Notes under the pieces: model-generated
What the model saw: the letters and a program-made list of their open reading frames with translations, nothing else
Database searches by the model: none
Told to the model about the DNA's origin: nothing
Origin: a virus
Lineage: Duplodnaviria; Heunggongvirae; Uroviricota; Caudoviricetes
DNA length: 13,591 bases
IMG/VR virus record: IMGVR_UViG_2663762839_000016
Location: 1-13,591 of that record
Strand: one strand, 5' to 3'
Translations under genes and position numbers: made by a program
Part shown: in pieces, positions 1 through 8,288 of the stretch
Position numbering within the stretch: the first letter of the stretch is position 1
How the letters are laid out: every line of letters starts with the position of its first letter

Positions 1-483
1 ATGACGAAGAAAAAAGCACATAAACCTGGTTCAGCGACCATCGCGCTTAACAAGCGCGCCCGTCACGAATACTTTATCGAAGAAGAGTTCGAAGCGGGAC
101 TTGCCCTGCAAGGCTGGGAAGTTAAATCCCTGCGCGCAGGAAAAGCCAATATCAGCGACAGCTACGTCCTTCTGCGTGACGGAGAGGCATTTCTGTTTGG
201 CGCTAACATCACGCCAATGGCCGTGGCCTCCACGCATGTGGTGTGCGATCCTACCCGTACCCGCAAGTTACTTCTCAACCAGCGCGAACTGGACTCATTG
301 TACGGTCGCGTCAATCGAGAAGGCTATACCGTAGTGGCGCTCTCCCTGTACTGGAAAAATGCCTGGTGCAAAGTGAAAATCGGCGTCGCCAAAGGTAAGA
401 AACAGCACGATAAACGTTCAGATATCAAAGAGCGCGAATGGCAGGTGGATAAAGCGCGTATCATGAAAAATGCCCACCGTTAA
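1..483 (+). CDS. smpB: SsrA-binding protein SmpB (trans-translation factor), complete 160 aa
   Basis: ORF 1..483 translates to [28 protein letters not shown]..., which I recognise as near-identical to enterobacterial SmpB; it lies directly upstream of tmRNA as in E. coli. Confidence 0.95.
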
Positions 484-653
484 ACCTGCACTCCAATTAT
501 TGACCAGTTCCTCACCGCGCCTCCCTCTCCGGCGGCGCGAATGAACATCTTATTGGTTATCACATCCGACACAAATGTTGCCATTCCATTGCTTAATCGA
601 ATAAAAATCAGGCTACATGGGTGCTAAATCTTTAACGATAACGCCATTGAGGC

Positions 654-683
654 TGGTCATGGCGCTCATAAATCTGGTATACT
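654..683 (+). promoter_or_regulatory. candidate sigma70 promoter for ssrA (-35-like TGGTCA, -10 TATACT at 678-683)
   Basis: TATACT hexamer ends about 14 nt before the mature tmRNA 5' end, consistent with a short pre-tmRNA leader; the -35 is weak. Sequence reading only. Confidence 0.35.
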
Positions 684-697
684 TACCTTTACACATT

Positions 698-1060
698 GGG
701 GCTGATTCTGGATTCGACGGGATTTGCGAAATCCAAGGTGCATGCCGAGGGGCGGTTGGCCTCGTAAAAAGCCGCAAAAAATAGTCGCAAACGACGAAAA
801 CTACGCTTTAGCAGCTTAATAACCTGCTTAGAGCCCTCTCTCCCTAGCCTCCGCTCTTAGGACGGGGATCAAGAGAGGTCAAACCCAAAAGAGATCGCGT
901 GGAAGCCCTGCCTGGGGTTGAAGCGTTAAAACTTAATCAGGCTAGTTTGTTAGTGGCGTGTCCGTCCGCAGCTGGCAAGCGAATGTAAAGACTGACTAAG
1001 CATGTAGTACCGAGGATGTAGGAATTTCGGACGCGGGTTCAACTCCCGCCAGCTCCACCA
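698..1060 (+). ncRNA. ssrA: tmRNA (SsrA, 10Sa RNA), 363 nt
   Basis: Starts GGGGCTGATTCTGGATTCGACGGG and ends GGGTTCAACTCCCGCCAGCTCCACCA; contains the tag reading frame and the tRNA-Ala-like acceptor/T-arm. Confidence 0.95.
787..819 (+). other. tmRNA tag-peptide reading frame (ANDENYALAA, stop TAA)
   Basis: GCA AAC GAC GAA AAC TAC GCT TTA GCA GCT TAA read directly; the E. coli-type tag (ENY) rather than the ETY I recall for Salmonella. Confidence 0.85.
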
Positions 1061-1070
1061 AATAAATCAA

Positions 1071-1103
1071 GGGGTTACGTGAAAGCGTAGCCCCTTTTTC
1101 TTT
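1071..1103 (+). terminator. rho-independent terminator immediately downstream of ssrA
   Basis: 9-bp stem GGGGTTACG / CGTAGCCCC (one G-U pair), 6-nt loop, followed by TTTTTCTTT. Confidence 0.7.
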
Positions 1104-1115
1104 AGTAGTGGCGGC

Positions 1116-1160
1116 AAAATGGCGACAGACTTTTGCGTCCATCTTGCCTGTCGCCATCTT
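1116..1160. repeat. 13-bp inverted repeat (AAAATGGCGACAG / CTGTCGCCATCTT, 12 of 13 complementary) with 19-bp spacer upstream of the cargo ORF; candidate operator
   Basis: Read directly; lies roughly 25-70 bp upstream of the ATG at 1184, which has an AGAGG Shine-Dalgarno 6 nt upstream. Confidence 0.3.
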
Positions 1161-1183
1161 GAAATCATGCAAAGAGGTTTCAC

Positions 1184-1666
1184 ATGGAAGAACTTCACTT
1201 TGTTTACATCAATGCAAATGGTCGTATCGGTGTTCACTCTATACAGAGCATCAGTTATAGCGAAAATCATATACAGGGCATTTGTAAGAACACCGATCGA
1301 ATAAAAACCTTCCGAAAAGACCGCATTCTTAAACAGTACGATTCACCAGAACAAGCCATTCAGGAGTGCGCGTCATTCCTCCCCGAAAACTACTCACATC
1401 TCACCAAGCAGTCTGGTCCGAAAAAAAATACATTCGATGTGTGTTTCACCGGATTTAAGAAAGCAGATAAAGAAAGATTGGTTGATAAGGCGAATGAACA
1501 AGGATTAACGGTAAGAACCTCTGTAACCCAAAGCCTTCAGATGCTCTGTTGCGGTTACAATGCAGGCCCATCAAAAGTATCGGCAGCCAGGATGAAAGGC
1601 ACAATCATCATAGATGAGCCTGGCTTTATACATTTTCTTGAAACGGGTGAGATCCCAGATGAATAA
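1184..1666 (+). CDS. hypothetical two-domain protein: N-terminal WYL-like domain plus C-terminal BRCT-like domain (160 aa); prophage cargo gene
   Basis: N-terminus HFVYINANGRIGVHSI...GICKNTDRIKTFRKDRI resembles the WYL domain signature (ends like R-x-F-R-L-D-R-I). C-terminus FDVCFTGF...GLTVRTSVTQSLQMLCCGYNAGPSKVSAARMKGTIIIDEPGFIHFLETGE matches the pattern of the NAD-ligase-type BRCT domain. Good SD, visibly AT-richer than the flanking tail genes, convergent with ogr. Confidence 0.6.
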   Translation: MEELHFVYINANGRIGVHSIQSISYSENHIQGICKNTDRIKTFRKDRILKQYDSPEQAIQECASFLPENYSHLTKQSGPKKNTFDVCFTGFKKADKERLVDKANEQGLTVRTSVTQSLQMLCCGYNAGPSKVSAARMKGTIIIDEPGFIHFLETGEIPDE

Positions 1667-1668
1667 AA

Positions 1669-1684
1669 ACCTGCCGTAGCAGGT
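1669..1684. terminator. candidate bidirectional terminator hairpin between the convergent cargo ORF and ogr
   Basis: ACCTGC-CGTA-GCAGGT hairpin flanked by AAAA on one side and TCTCTTTCTC on the other. Confidence 0.5.
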
Positions 1685-1692
1685 TCTCTTTC

Positions 1693-1911
1693 TCAAAAAT
1701 TCATATGCCCCTGACCACCTGGCAATGGATGTGGAGGAGCAGTAGCAATCAGTGCGGGTGTCACAATAAACCGGACCACTGTTTCATGGGTAACAAAAGT
1801 ACTCCCGCAGTTAATATTTTGGCACTGGCAGTAACGCTCTTTGGTGCTTTCAGTTACTTGAAAACTGCTCCTTGTGTGTGCCGCATGACCACACTTTGGA
1901 CAATTCATCAT
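1693..1911 (-). CDS. ogr: Ogr/Delta-family zinc-finger late-gene transcription activator (72 aa from MMNCPKCGH...)
   Basis: C-x2-C...C-x4-C pattern and ...TKERYCQCQNINCGSTF...PHPLP... resemble P2 Ogr as I recall it; it sits after gene D as in P2. The ORF-track start at 1956 is probably 15 codons too far upstream. Confidence 0.8.
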   Translation of the reverse strand: MMNCPKCGHAAHTRSSFQVTESTKERYCQCQNINCGSTFVTHETVVRFIVTPALIATAPPHPLPGGQGHMNF

Positions 1912-1979
1912 ATCCAGATCCCTACCTTTGCTATCAGAATCATTGTAATGATACACAAAATATCAATATTGAGAACACT

Positions 1980-3088
1980 TTATTCCATTTCAAGATCATC
2001 AATCTTCACTTCGAGTTCAATACTGGTTGTAAAACCGTTATCCGGGCTGACGGTATGTGTCAGAGTCGTAATGGTCCATTCCGCATCATCTATCGGCTGT
2101 TTAAAACCACTGACCTTCACAGGCATTTCCGTGTAGAGATCTGCCCGCCCTTCCGCCAGTTGTAGCGAGAATGACGCAACGCCACGTTGCAGGCGTTCCC
2201 ACTGCATTTTCGCTGCCCGTTCAGCGTTGCTCCGGTTGGCATAAGTGCGATTAAGTACCAGCACGTTTTCATCCGTCCCCACCAGGTAATCGCCCTGCTT
2301 CGCTTCCGGCTCTTTCTTCTGCTTCTTAGTCCTGCGCTTACGCTTCACCGTAGTGCTTTCTTTCTTCGCGGGTTCGCGGGTTCGCGGGTATGCAACCAGC
2401 TGGCAATTACCCCCGTGTAAGCTCCGCGATCTGCCAGGGTAAAGCGGTGACTGTCGCCGTCCTTACGTGCGATAGTAATCACCGGCAGTGGTTTACCGCT
2501 GGCGCTTTTGCCCTGTCCCTGCCGGATGAATAACAGATTGCCATTTTTCACCGATGCAATGGCACCGTACTGGCGCGCCAGCCGCATCAAAAAACTGCCG
2601 TCACTCTCATTAGTCTGGTCTATATGCTCCACGGGCTTATCCGACAGGTCTTTACCCAGTGCCATCTTCAGCTTGTGCCGCGCGGCTATTTCCTTCACCA
2701 CTTCCCCGATGGTGGTGTTATGCCACGATTTTTCACGGCGGGTATTCAGCGTTTCCCGAAAATCAGCACTTCGCGCCCGGATAGTCAGGCGGTCCGGTGC
2801 GCCAGTGTGTTCAATCTCGTCCACCGTGAATGCCCCTTTCGGGAAAAGCGGCTGCCCCTTCCAGCCCAGCGCCAGCGTAATGACCGCACCACGGCGCGGC
2901 AGCACGATTTTTCCGTCGGCGTCGTCCAGATCCAGATCAAGCTGGTCCGCTTCAAAGCCTCGGTTATCCGTCAGCGTAAGCCCCATCAGGCGTTTGTCCA
3001 GCACAGTGGTGATATCCTTCCCCTCAATACTGATGCTGAATGCGGGAGTTTTGTTGCCTTTGTTAAGCAGTTCAGAGCTGAAATTCAC
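1980..3088 (-). pseudogene. P2 gpD-like tail protein, split by a frameshift into 247-aa (2345..3088) and 122-aa (1980..2348) pieces
   Basis: Both pieces are continuous in homology to the gpD family. The first ends ...HTREPANPRRKKALR* and the second continues KRKRRTKKQKKEPEAKQGDYLVG in another frame, overlapping by 4 nt. Confidence 0.7.
2365..2388. repeat. three perfect tandem copies of the 8-bp unit TTCGCGGG inside gene D, just upstream of the frame break
   Basis: Read directly: ttcgcggg ttcgcggg ttcgcggg. Confidence 0.9.
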
Positions 3089-3570
3089 GACAGCAGCCCT
3101 CCCACCGTTTTACTGATATCGCTTAAGGCAGACGTTGCCGTATCCTGCAAATTATTCAGCTGCGCACTGAGATCACCGAACATATCGGACATGGATTCAT
3201 CCACCCGTTTGAGCGACAGGGTAAACTCAATCCGGCGCGGCATACCATCGCGGAAAAACTCCGTTTTAGTCTGATTCAGTCCCTCAATCACATACATGCC
3301 GTAAATCGTGCCGCTGCCTTCAATCAGGGGCCATGCTTTTCCCTGTTCTGCCATCTGCTCCAGAGCCAGCAACGACAGCCTGCCGCCCGTTATCTCCGGC
3401 ATAAGAACACCAGAAAGCGTCAGCATGTCGTTGTCCGGTCCCAGAAATTGCGTGGACGGACGACGGTTTACCCGGCTGTTTTCCGCATGTCGCCAGCTGC
3501 GTTGATACTGCAGTTCCTGATACGGAACGGTGCGCAGCATAAACACGTACAATCCCAGCACCATCATCAT
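3085..3570 (-). CDS. P2 gpU-like tail protein (161 aa)
   Basis: Position between T and D; size close to the ~159 aa I recall for P2 gpU; start overlaps the T stop. Confidence 0.8.
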   Translation of the reverse strand: MMMVLGLYVFMLRTVPYQELQYQRSWRHAENSRVNRRPSTQFLGPDNDMLTLSGVLMPEITGGRLSLLALEQMAEQGKAWPLIEGSGTIYGMYVIEGLNQTKTEFFRDGMPRRIEFTLSLKRVDESMSDMFGDLSAQLNNLQDTATSALSDISKTVGGLLS

Positions 3571-5429
3571 GCGTCGTATCCCCCCTGATCGCTGTAGTTA
3601 CTCCTGGCTTTTGCCTTCAGCCTGCGTTCACGTTCATCAAGCTGGCGTGCCACCTCCCGCGCAATATCCTGCGCACTTTGTCCTGGCTGCGTCTGAATGA
3701 TGATCTGCGTCGGTGCCTCAATCCGGTGAACGGGCGGTACAGTGGCTGCACGACTCACCATCGCTTCGCCGCCTTTCGCGGGAAGTGCCAAAGGATGCAA
3801 TGGTGGAAGCTCTGCAGGCGCGGCAGCAACGCCCATCATTCCGGCAACAACGGCAGCCAGTGCAGCTGTATTTCTCCGGCTGGTCACATTTGCCGGGCCG
3901 TTAACAATTTCCGGCCCGTTTTCACCGACGATGCCAAACTGCCCGCGCGGGATATAGCCGCCGCTGTCATACATCCCCGCAAAGCCATATCCCCATGACG
4001 GAAAACCACCCGGTGGCATCATCACTTTACCGTCTGCATTCACCGTCGCAGGTTGCTGACGCGTCACGCTTTCCGGCAGTTTCGCCTTTGCAGCCTCTTT
4101 ACTGACAATGCCGAGTTTCTCCAGCAACCAGGAAACGCCGGATTTCAGGGAGTCCAGCGGATGCATGACCATATTCAGCCCTTCCGCCAGTGCCTCCCCG
4201 AATCGTCGCCCCATTGCCGCTGCACTCTGCAGTTCGGCAGAGGTCGACTTAACGGGCGTCAGCAGATCAGTAAACCAGCCCCACAGCGCCTGTACTTTGT
4301 CGCCAATCCACTGGAACACGGGCTTAAGCGGTTCGAATGCTGCACTGACGGGACCTGCCGCCGCTTTGAATCCTTCCACTACGCCACCAAGAAATGCGGT
4401 GATGGGTTGCCAGTATTTCCAGACAACCAGCGCCACGCCCGCCAGTGCAGTAACCACAAGACCTATCGGACTGAGCAGAGCACCTAACAGACCAGATACG
4501 GCATACAGGGCAACGCGCAGCATCGCCAGTGGACCAGATGCCAGTACTCGCAGCACCGTGCCTGCGGAGGCCAGTCCACCGCGCAGTACCGCCAGAGGAT
4601 TCATAAACATCACAGCAACAGCACGTAAACCGGATAATCCAGACCGCAAAAGTGCAACCGGCGCACCTGCTACAGTTTTCAGGACATTTCCCGTCAGTGA
4701 TGCCGTGCGGCGCAAAGACGACAACGGCGCAGTAAGTAAACCTGCGGCGTTGCCCGATGAAGCAAGCCCGCGTCGCAGCAGTGCAAGTGGTGCGCCAGCC
4801 AACCAGGACAACGCGCTGCTGGTTCGCGTTACTGCTGCCGTAACGGAAGGTAACGTTTTGATACCCAGCACAGAGAATCCCAGACGGATGACTGCCAGCG
4901 GCCCCAGCACAGCAGCCAACACCACAGCCAGGGTGCCGAGGCCCACAGTAACAGCAGCCACAACCGCGGCTACTTTCATCAGTGTGCCCGTCAGTTCAGG
5001 GTTAGCTTCTACCCAGCGACGCAACGCCCCCGTGATGCTTTTCACCGTGTACAGAATATCCATCAGCGGCTGGCGCAGCGTTTCGCCCAGGCTGCTGAAG
5101 GTGTTCTGCGCTCCGGTTTTGACCAGCAACCACTGCGCAGAAAGTGAGTCCTTGTTAATGTCGGATTCTTTCTGCATCGAACCGAGCGCATCATTGCCCG
5201 CTGTCAGTTTTAGCTGGCGCTGCAGTTCCGGCAGGTTGTTTGCCAGTTTCGCCGCATCATCGCCAAACTCTTTACCAAACAACATGGTCATGGCAGACAG
5301 GCGCTTATCCTGCGGCAGTGCGTTCACCTTCTCCAGTACGCGCTGGATAGTTCCCATCGCATCCTTCGTCAGCGGCATAACGTCAGTAACGGATGGCGGC
5401 CAGTGAAAGATGGTGGCGATATCAGCCAC
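3567..5429 (-). CDS. tail tape measure protein (gpT-like); ORF-track start is a GTG and the frame is continuous with the E -1 frame
   Basis: Long Ala/Gly/Leu-rich ORF with a hydrophobic central region, located between E and U. 620 aa versus the ~815 aa I recall for P2 gpT. No obvious SD before the GTG at 5429. Confidence 0.8.
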   Translation of the reverse strand: MADIATIFHWPPSVTDVMPLTKDAMGTIQRVLEKVNALPQDKRLSAMTMLFGKEFGDDAAKLANNLPELQRQLKLTAGNDALGSMQKESDINKDSLSAQWLLVKTGAQNTFSSLGETLRQPLMDILYTVKSITGALRRWVEANPELTGTLMKVAAVVAAVTVGLGTLAVVLAAVLGPLAVIRLGFSVLGIKTLPSVTAAVTRTSSALSWLAGAPLALLRRGLASSGNAAGLLTAPLSSLRRTASLTGNVLKTVAGAPVALLRSGLSGLRAVAVMFMNPLAVLRGGLASAGTVLRVLASGPLAMLRVALYAVSGLLGALLSPIGLVVTALAGVALVVWKYWQPITAFLGGVVEGFKAAAGPVSAAFEPLKPVFQWIGDKVQALWGWFTDLLTPVKSTSAELQSAAAMGRRFGEALAEGLNMVMHPLDSLKSGVSWLLEKLGIVSKEAAKAKLPESVTRQQPATVNADGKVMMPPGGFPSWGYGFAGMYDSGGYIPRGQFGIVGENGPEIVNGPANVTSRRNTAALAAVVAGMMGVAAAPAELPPLHPLALPAKGGEAMVSRAATVPPVHRIEAPTQIIIQTQPGQSAQDIAREVARQLDERERRLKAKARSNYSDQGGYDA

Positions 5430-5443
5430 CAGATCGTCAACCG

Positions 5444-5746
5444 TCAGGCTGTCGGTAAACCGGCAAGCACCGACTTCTTCAACAAAAAAGTGACAACCTC
5501 AACCGACATGGCAGTGAGATCTGCCGGGTCCATCTCTACAATTTCCTGTGCAGTCAGTGCCGGACTGGAGATGCGGGGGATCACGGTCATCATCGCGTTC
5601 ACATCCATATCCATAATGGCCTGCAGGCGCGTACCGCGCAGCGCACCGGACTGCGGTTTACGCAGCACAATTTCGGTGATTTCTGTTTTACCGCGCTTGA
5701 TGGGGGTATCCAGTTGAATAGTCTTTTCAGTCTGCTTATCGCTCAT
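5444..5746 (-). CDS. tail assembly chaperone gpE-like (100 aa)
   Basis: Small ORF directly upstream of the tape measure, with a T-TTT-TTG heptamer 11 codons before its stop. Confidence 0.75.
   Translation of the reverse strand: MSDKQTEKTIQLDTPIKRGKTEITEIVLRKPQSGALRGTRLQAIMDMDVNAMMTVIPRISSPALTAQEIVEMDPADLTAMSVEVVTFLLKKSVLAGLPTA
5483..5489 (-). other. programmed -1 frameshift slippery heptamer T TTT TTG (E to E')
   Basis: Plus strand reads caaaaaa, i.e. TTTTTTG on the coding strand in the X XXY YYZ register of the E frame; the same motif is described for P2 E/E'. Confidence 0.55.
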
Positions 5747-5800
5747 TTTGCTGTCCTGTAAATTGGGTTCTGGCGCGGTATCCCGCGCCGTTCAGATACA

Positions 5801-6316
5801 TCAGAGGCCGAGGGCGTTGCGGTGCGCTTCCATCAGGTCCACACCGTCCACAATTTCCACCATGTTGATAAGGTCCACTTCATAGAGCACCTCACCATTT
5901 ATAGTCAGCTTCGCGTAGCTGTTGGTACTGGTCACTTTGGTGGTGTTGCTTTCACCCGTCTTCCACTCGCCGGAATCCACTTCTTTGTGACGTCCACGCA
6001 CCACAAGCTCCACGGCCTGCACTTCCCCGGTATCGTCACGCTGGATAGAGCCGGTAAAGCGCAACTGGATACCATCCACCGTGGCTTTGCCCATCTGCTT
6101 AAACAGCAGCAGTTCAGTACCACCAATGGAAAATTCCGTATCCAGTGCGCCGTCATCCAGCCCCAGATCCACATCCACTGCACCCGGCATTCCGCCGCCG
6201 CGATACTTCTCATATTTGCGGGTAAATTTCGGCAGCGTCAGCGACTCAACGATCCCCTGCCAGTTGTTCCCGTCATTAAACAGGTTCAGGTGTTTTAATT
6301 TGCGTGGTAAAGCCAT
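5801..6316 (-). CDS. contractile tail tube protein (gpFII-like, 171 aa)
   Basis: Size and position downstream of the sheath gene match P2 FII. Confidence 0.85.
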   Translation of the reverse strand: MALPRKLKHLNLFNDGNNWQGIVESLTLPKFTRKYEKYRGGGMPGAVDVDLGLDDGALDTEFSIGGTELLLFKQMGKATVDGIQLRFTGSIQRDDTGEVQAVELVVRGRHKEVDSGEWKTGESNTTKVTSTNSYAKLTINGEVLYEVDLINMVEIVDGVDLMEAHRNALGL

Positions 6317-6325
6317 GTTGTCCCC

Positions 6326-7498
6326 TTACGCGCTGACCTGGCTGGAGAAATTCACCAGGTACTGATCGGTGATGCGCTGACGCAGCATCAGGTTTTCAAG
6401 TGGCGGCACTGGCGTGTAGTCGTAGTCGATGGTGAGTTTTCCGGCTTTCAGCGTGTCTTTGTCGTTCACCGACTCATCCAGCCAGCAATCACCACCAATG
6501 AGATAGCCCTGACTGACCAGGCTGCGCATTTTGGCGCGGATACCCTCGATAATGTCGCGGGCCAGCGACGGATTCAGCGGTTTATCCACCGCCCACATGT
6601 GCGCTTCTGCCATCGTGTCCGTCAGCACCTGCGCCGTGCGGGTGTAGTTTTCGAAGGCAAAGAGCGGGTCATCACTCAGGCAGCGGGAACCCCAGAAGCG
6701 AAAACCGTCTTTGCGGATAAGGGTGGTGACGTCGTTCTGGTTCAGCAGTCCCGCATCGGTTGCCGGGTCCTGCAGATCCCAGAACACATCAGCAGAAATT
6801 CCGGTGACACCGTTAACGCCCACGTTGGACAGGCTTTTGTGCCATCCGGTCTGCTCGTCAATTTTGGCGCGCAGACCAAGCGCACGGGCGGTGGCATAAG
6901 CCGTTGCTTCGGCATTCAGCACCGTGTCCCAGCCAGTAAAGTCGGGCCAGATCAGCATTCCTTCACGCTGACTGAAGTTTTCACGGTAAGTGATTGCTTC
7001 CTGCACTGTCTTGCAACCATACGCTGACAGGTAAGCAAATCCACGCAGGCTTTGCGCCACGCTCAGCAACTCAGTAGCTACCGCCTTCGTGTCGTGACCT
7101 GGCACGCCGAGAATGCGCGGTTTAACGCCGAGCTGTGACTGGGCAGATAACAGGGCTTTCATGCCTGTTTTTTTACCTTCAGCGGTCACTGCTCCGATGA
7201 TATTGGTCGTGGTTTCTTCTTCCGTTTCACCCTGCGGCACACGCACAACAACGGTCACGGGTTTTGCCTGGTCAGCGATGGCATCCAGCGAACGAGCCAG
7301 CGTGCCTGACTCACCCGCTTTACCGCTGGCAGTCAGCACATCAGTGATCAGCACGGGTTTATTAAGAGGAAACATTTTTGCATCGGCATCATCGCCCGTG
7401 CAGACCATACCCACGATGGCGGTGCTCACCGTGGTAATGGATCGGGTGCCTTCGTTGACTTCAACAACGCGCACCCCGTGGTGGTAATCCTGAGCCAT
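6326..7498 (-). CDS. contractile tail sheath protein (gpFI-like, 390 aa)
   Basis: Size and position match P2 FI; strong AGGAGG SD 9 nt upstream of the ATG. Confidence 0.9.
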   Translation of the reverse strand: MAQDYHHGVRVVEVNEGTRSITTVSTAIVGMVCTGDDADAKMFPLNKPVLITDVLTASGKAGESGTLARSLDAIADQAKPVTVVVRVPQGETEEETTTNIIGAVTAEGKKTGMKALLSAQSQLGVKPRILGVPGHDTKAVATELLSVAQSLRGFAYLSAYGCKTVQEAITYRENFSQREGMLIWPDFTGWDTVLNAEATAYATARALGLRAKIDEQTGWHKSLSNVGVNGVTGISADVFWDLQDPATDAGLLNQNDVTTLIRKDGFRFWGSRCLSDDPLFAFENYTRTAQVLTDTMAEAHMWAVDKPLNPSLARDIIEGIRAKMRSLVSQGYLIGGDCWLDESVNDKDTLKAGKLTIDYDYTPVPPLENLMLRQRITDQYLVNFSSQVSA

Positions 7499-7574
7499 AG
7501 TGGCGAACCTCCTGATTGGATTAGGCTTCGCCCTATGTTGAAGTGATTGTGCCTGACAAACAGCTAAGCGCAGT

Positions 7575-7592
7575 TGTACCGTTATTCACACA
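7575..7592 (-). promoter_or_regulatory. candidate Ogr-dependent late promoter element (TGT-N12-ACA dyad) upstream of FI
   Basis: TGTACCGTTATTCACACA, centred ~85 bp upstream of the FI start codon; P2 late promoters carry TGT-N12-ACA centred near -55. Confidence 0.4.
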
Positions 7593-7640
7593 AAATGACG
7601 GTATTTGTCTGCTTTCAGGGATAATCAAAATAAAGCTGAT

Positions 7641-8213
7641 TCAGGGAGATTTATTGTTCTTATTTGCCGGAAATTTTCGATAAATGGTAGAAACGCCTAC
7701 ATCAAAAATCAGTGCAATACGCTGTCTTGATTCTCCGGCCTCGAGTAAACGCCCAATCTGTGCCCACTGTTCGCTGGTCAACTTAGGACGGCGTCCACCT
7801 ACTCTGCCTTTAGCACGAGCTGCAGCCAGCCCCGCCCTGGTACGTTCAACTATCAGTTCGCGTTCCATTTCAGCCAGGGCACCCATGACATGAAAAAAGA
7901 AACGGCCCATTGGGGTGCTGGTATCAATACTGTCAGTCAGGCTTCGGAAATTCACGCCACGCTGGCGCAGCTCTTCTATCAGCGTAACAAGATGCCGCAT
8001 ACTGCGCCCCAGTCTGTCCAGCTTCCAGACAACCAGCGTGTCTCCTGCCGATAGTGTCCTGAGCAGCTTTTTCAGCCCCGGTCTGTCGGACTTGGTGCCA
8101 CTGATTTTATCCTCAAAAATCCGCTCACATCCCGCACAGTTCAGTGCATTGCGTTGCAAATCGGTGTTCTGGTCATTTGTTGACACGCGTACATAACCAA
8201 TAAGCATGATCAT
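7641..8213 (-). CDS. serine DNA invertase of the Hin/Gin/Pin/Cin family
   Basis: MLIGYVRVSTNDQNTDLQRNAL...GDTLVVWKLDRLGRSMRHL...MGRFFFHVMGALAEMERELI... recognised as near-identical in pattern to Gin/Pin, with a C-terminal HTH. Confidence 0.9.
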   Translation of the reverse strand: MIMLIGYVRVSTNDQNTDLQRNALNCAGCERIFEDKISGTKSDRPGLKKLLRTLSAGDTLVVWKLDRLGRSMRHLVTLIEELRQRGVNFRSLTDSIDTSTPMGRFFFHVMGALAEMERELIVERTRAGLAAARAKGRVGGRRPKLTSEQWAQIGRLLEAGESRQRIALIFDVGVSTIYRKFPANKNNKSP

Positions 8214-8262
8214 CCCCCTGAATAAAAACCGGAGATGATGCCAGTTAGCCGTTATCTCTGCA

Positions 8263-8288
8263 TTTTCATAAACGTTGGTTTGGGAGAA
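8263..8288. other. invertase crossover site (hix/gix-like), pin-proximal
   Basis: TTTTCATAAACG-TT-GGTTTGGGAGAA; the right half-site and central TT are identical to the reverse complement of the site at 9873-9898. Confidence 0.7.

Noticed and set aside
1061-1110. Integrase gene or second att core copy adjacent to ssrA
   Set aside because: No integrase-like ORF anywhere in the window and no repeat of the ssrA 3' end near the far junction; the int-proximal end appears deleted.
1067-1304. Small ORFs of 67 aa (minus strand) and 61 aa (plus strand) near the ssrA terminator
   Set aside because: They overlap the terminator hairpin and the cargo ORF in other frames, with no SD and no recognisable features.
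2365-2388. Possible CRISPR or mini-array from the 8-bp tandem repeats
   Set aside because: Only three contiguous 8-bp units with no spacers, inside a coding sequence; a simple tandem repeat.
2624-3274. 216-aa and 202-aa plus-strand ORFs across the D/U region
   Set aside because: Antisense to gpD- and gpU-like ORFs with clear family resemblance; no start context.
4108-5406. 432-aa plus-strand ORF
   Set aside because: Antisense to the tape-measure gene; low-complexity Ser/Ala/Pro/Thr-rich translation typical of a spurious ORF opposite a GC-rich coding region, with no start context.
5772-5789. GC-rich hairpin (GGCGCGG-TATC-CCGCGCC) between FII and E as a terminator
   Set aside because: No adjacent U-tract on either strand and it lies inside a co-transcribed tail operon; at most an RNA structural element.
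8235-8276. N-terminal extension (MMPVSRYLCIFINV) of the 164-aa ORF as the start of an independent gene
   Set aside because: These codons lie outside the invertible segment, between the invertase start and the crossover site; the in-frame GLGE crossover codons show the real unit is a promoterless alternative fibre C-terminus.
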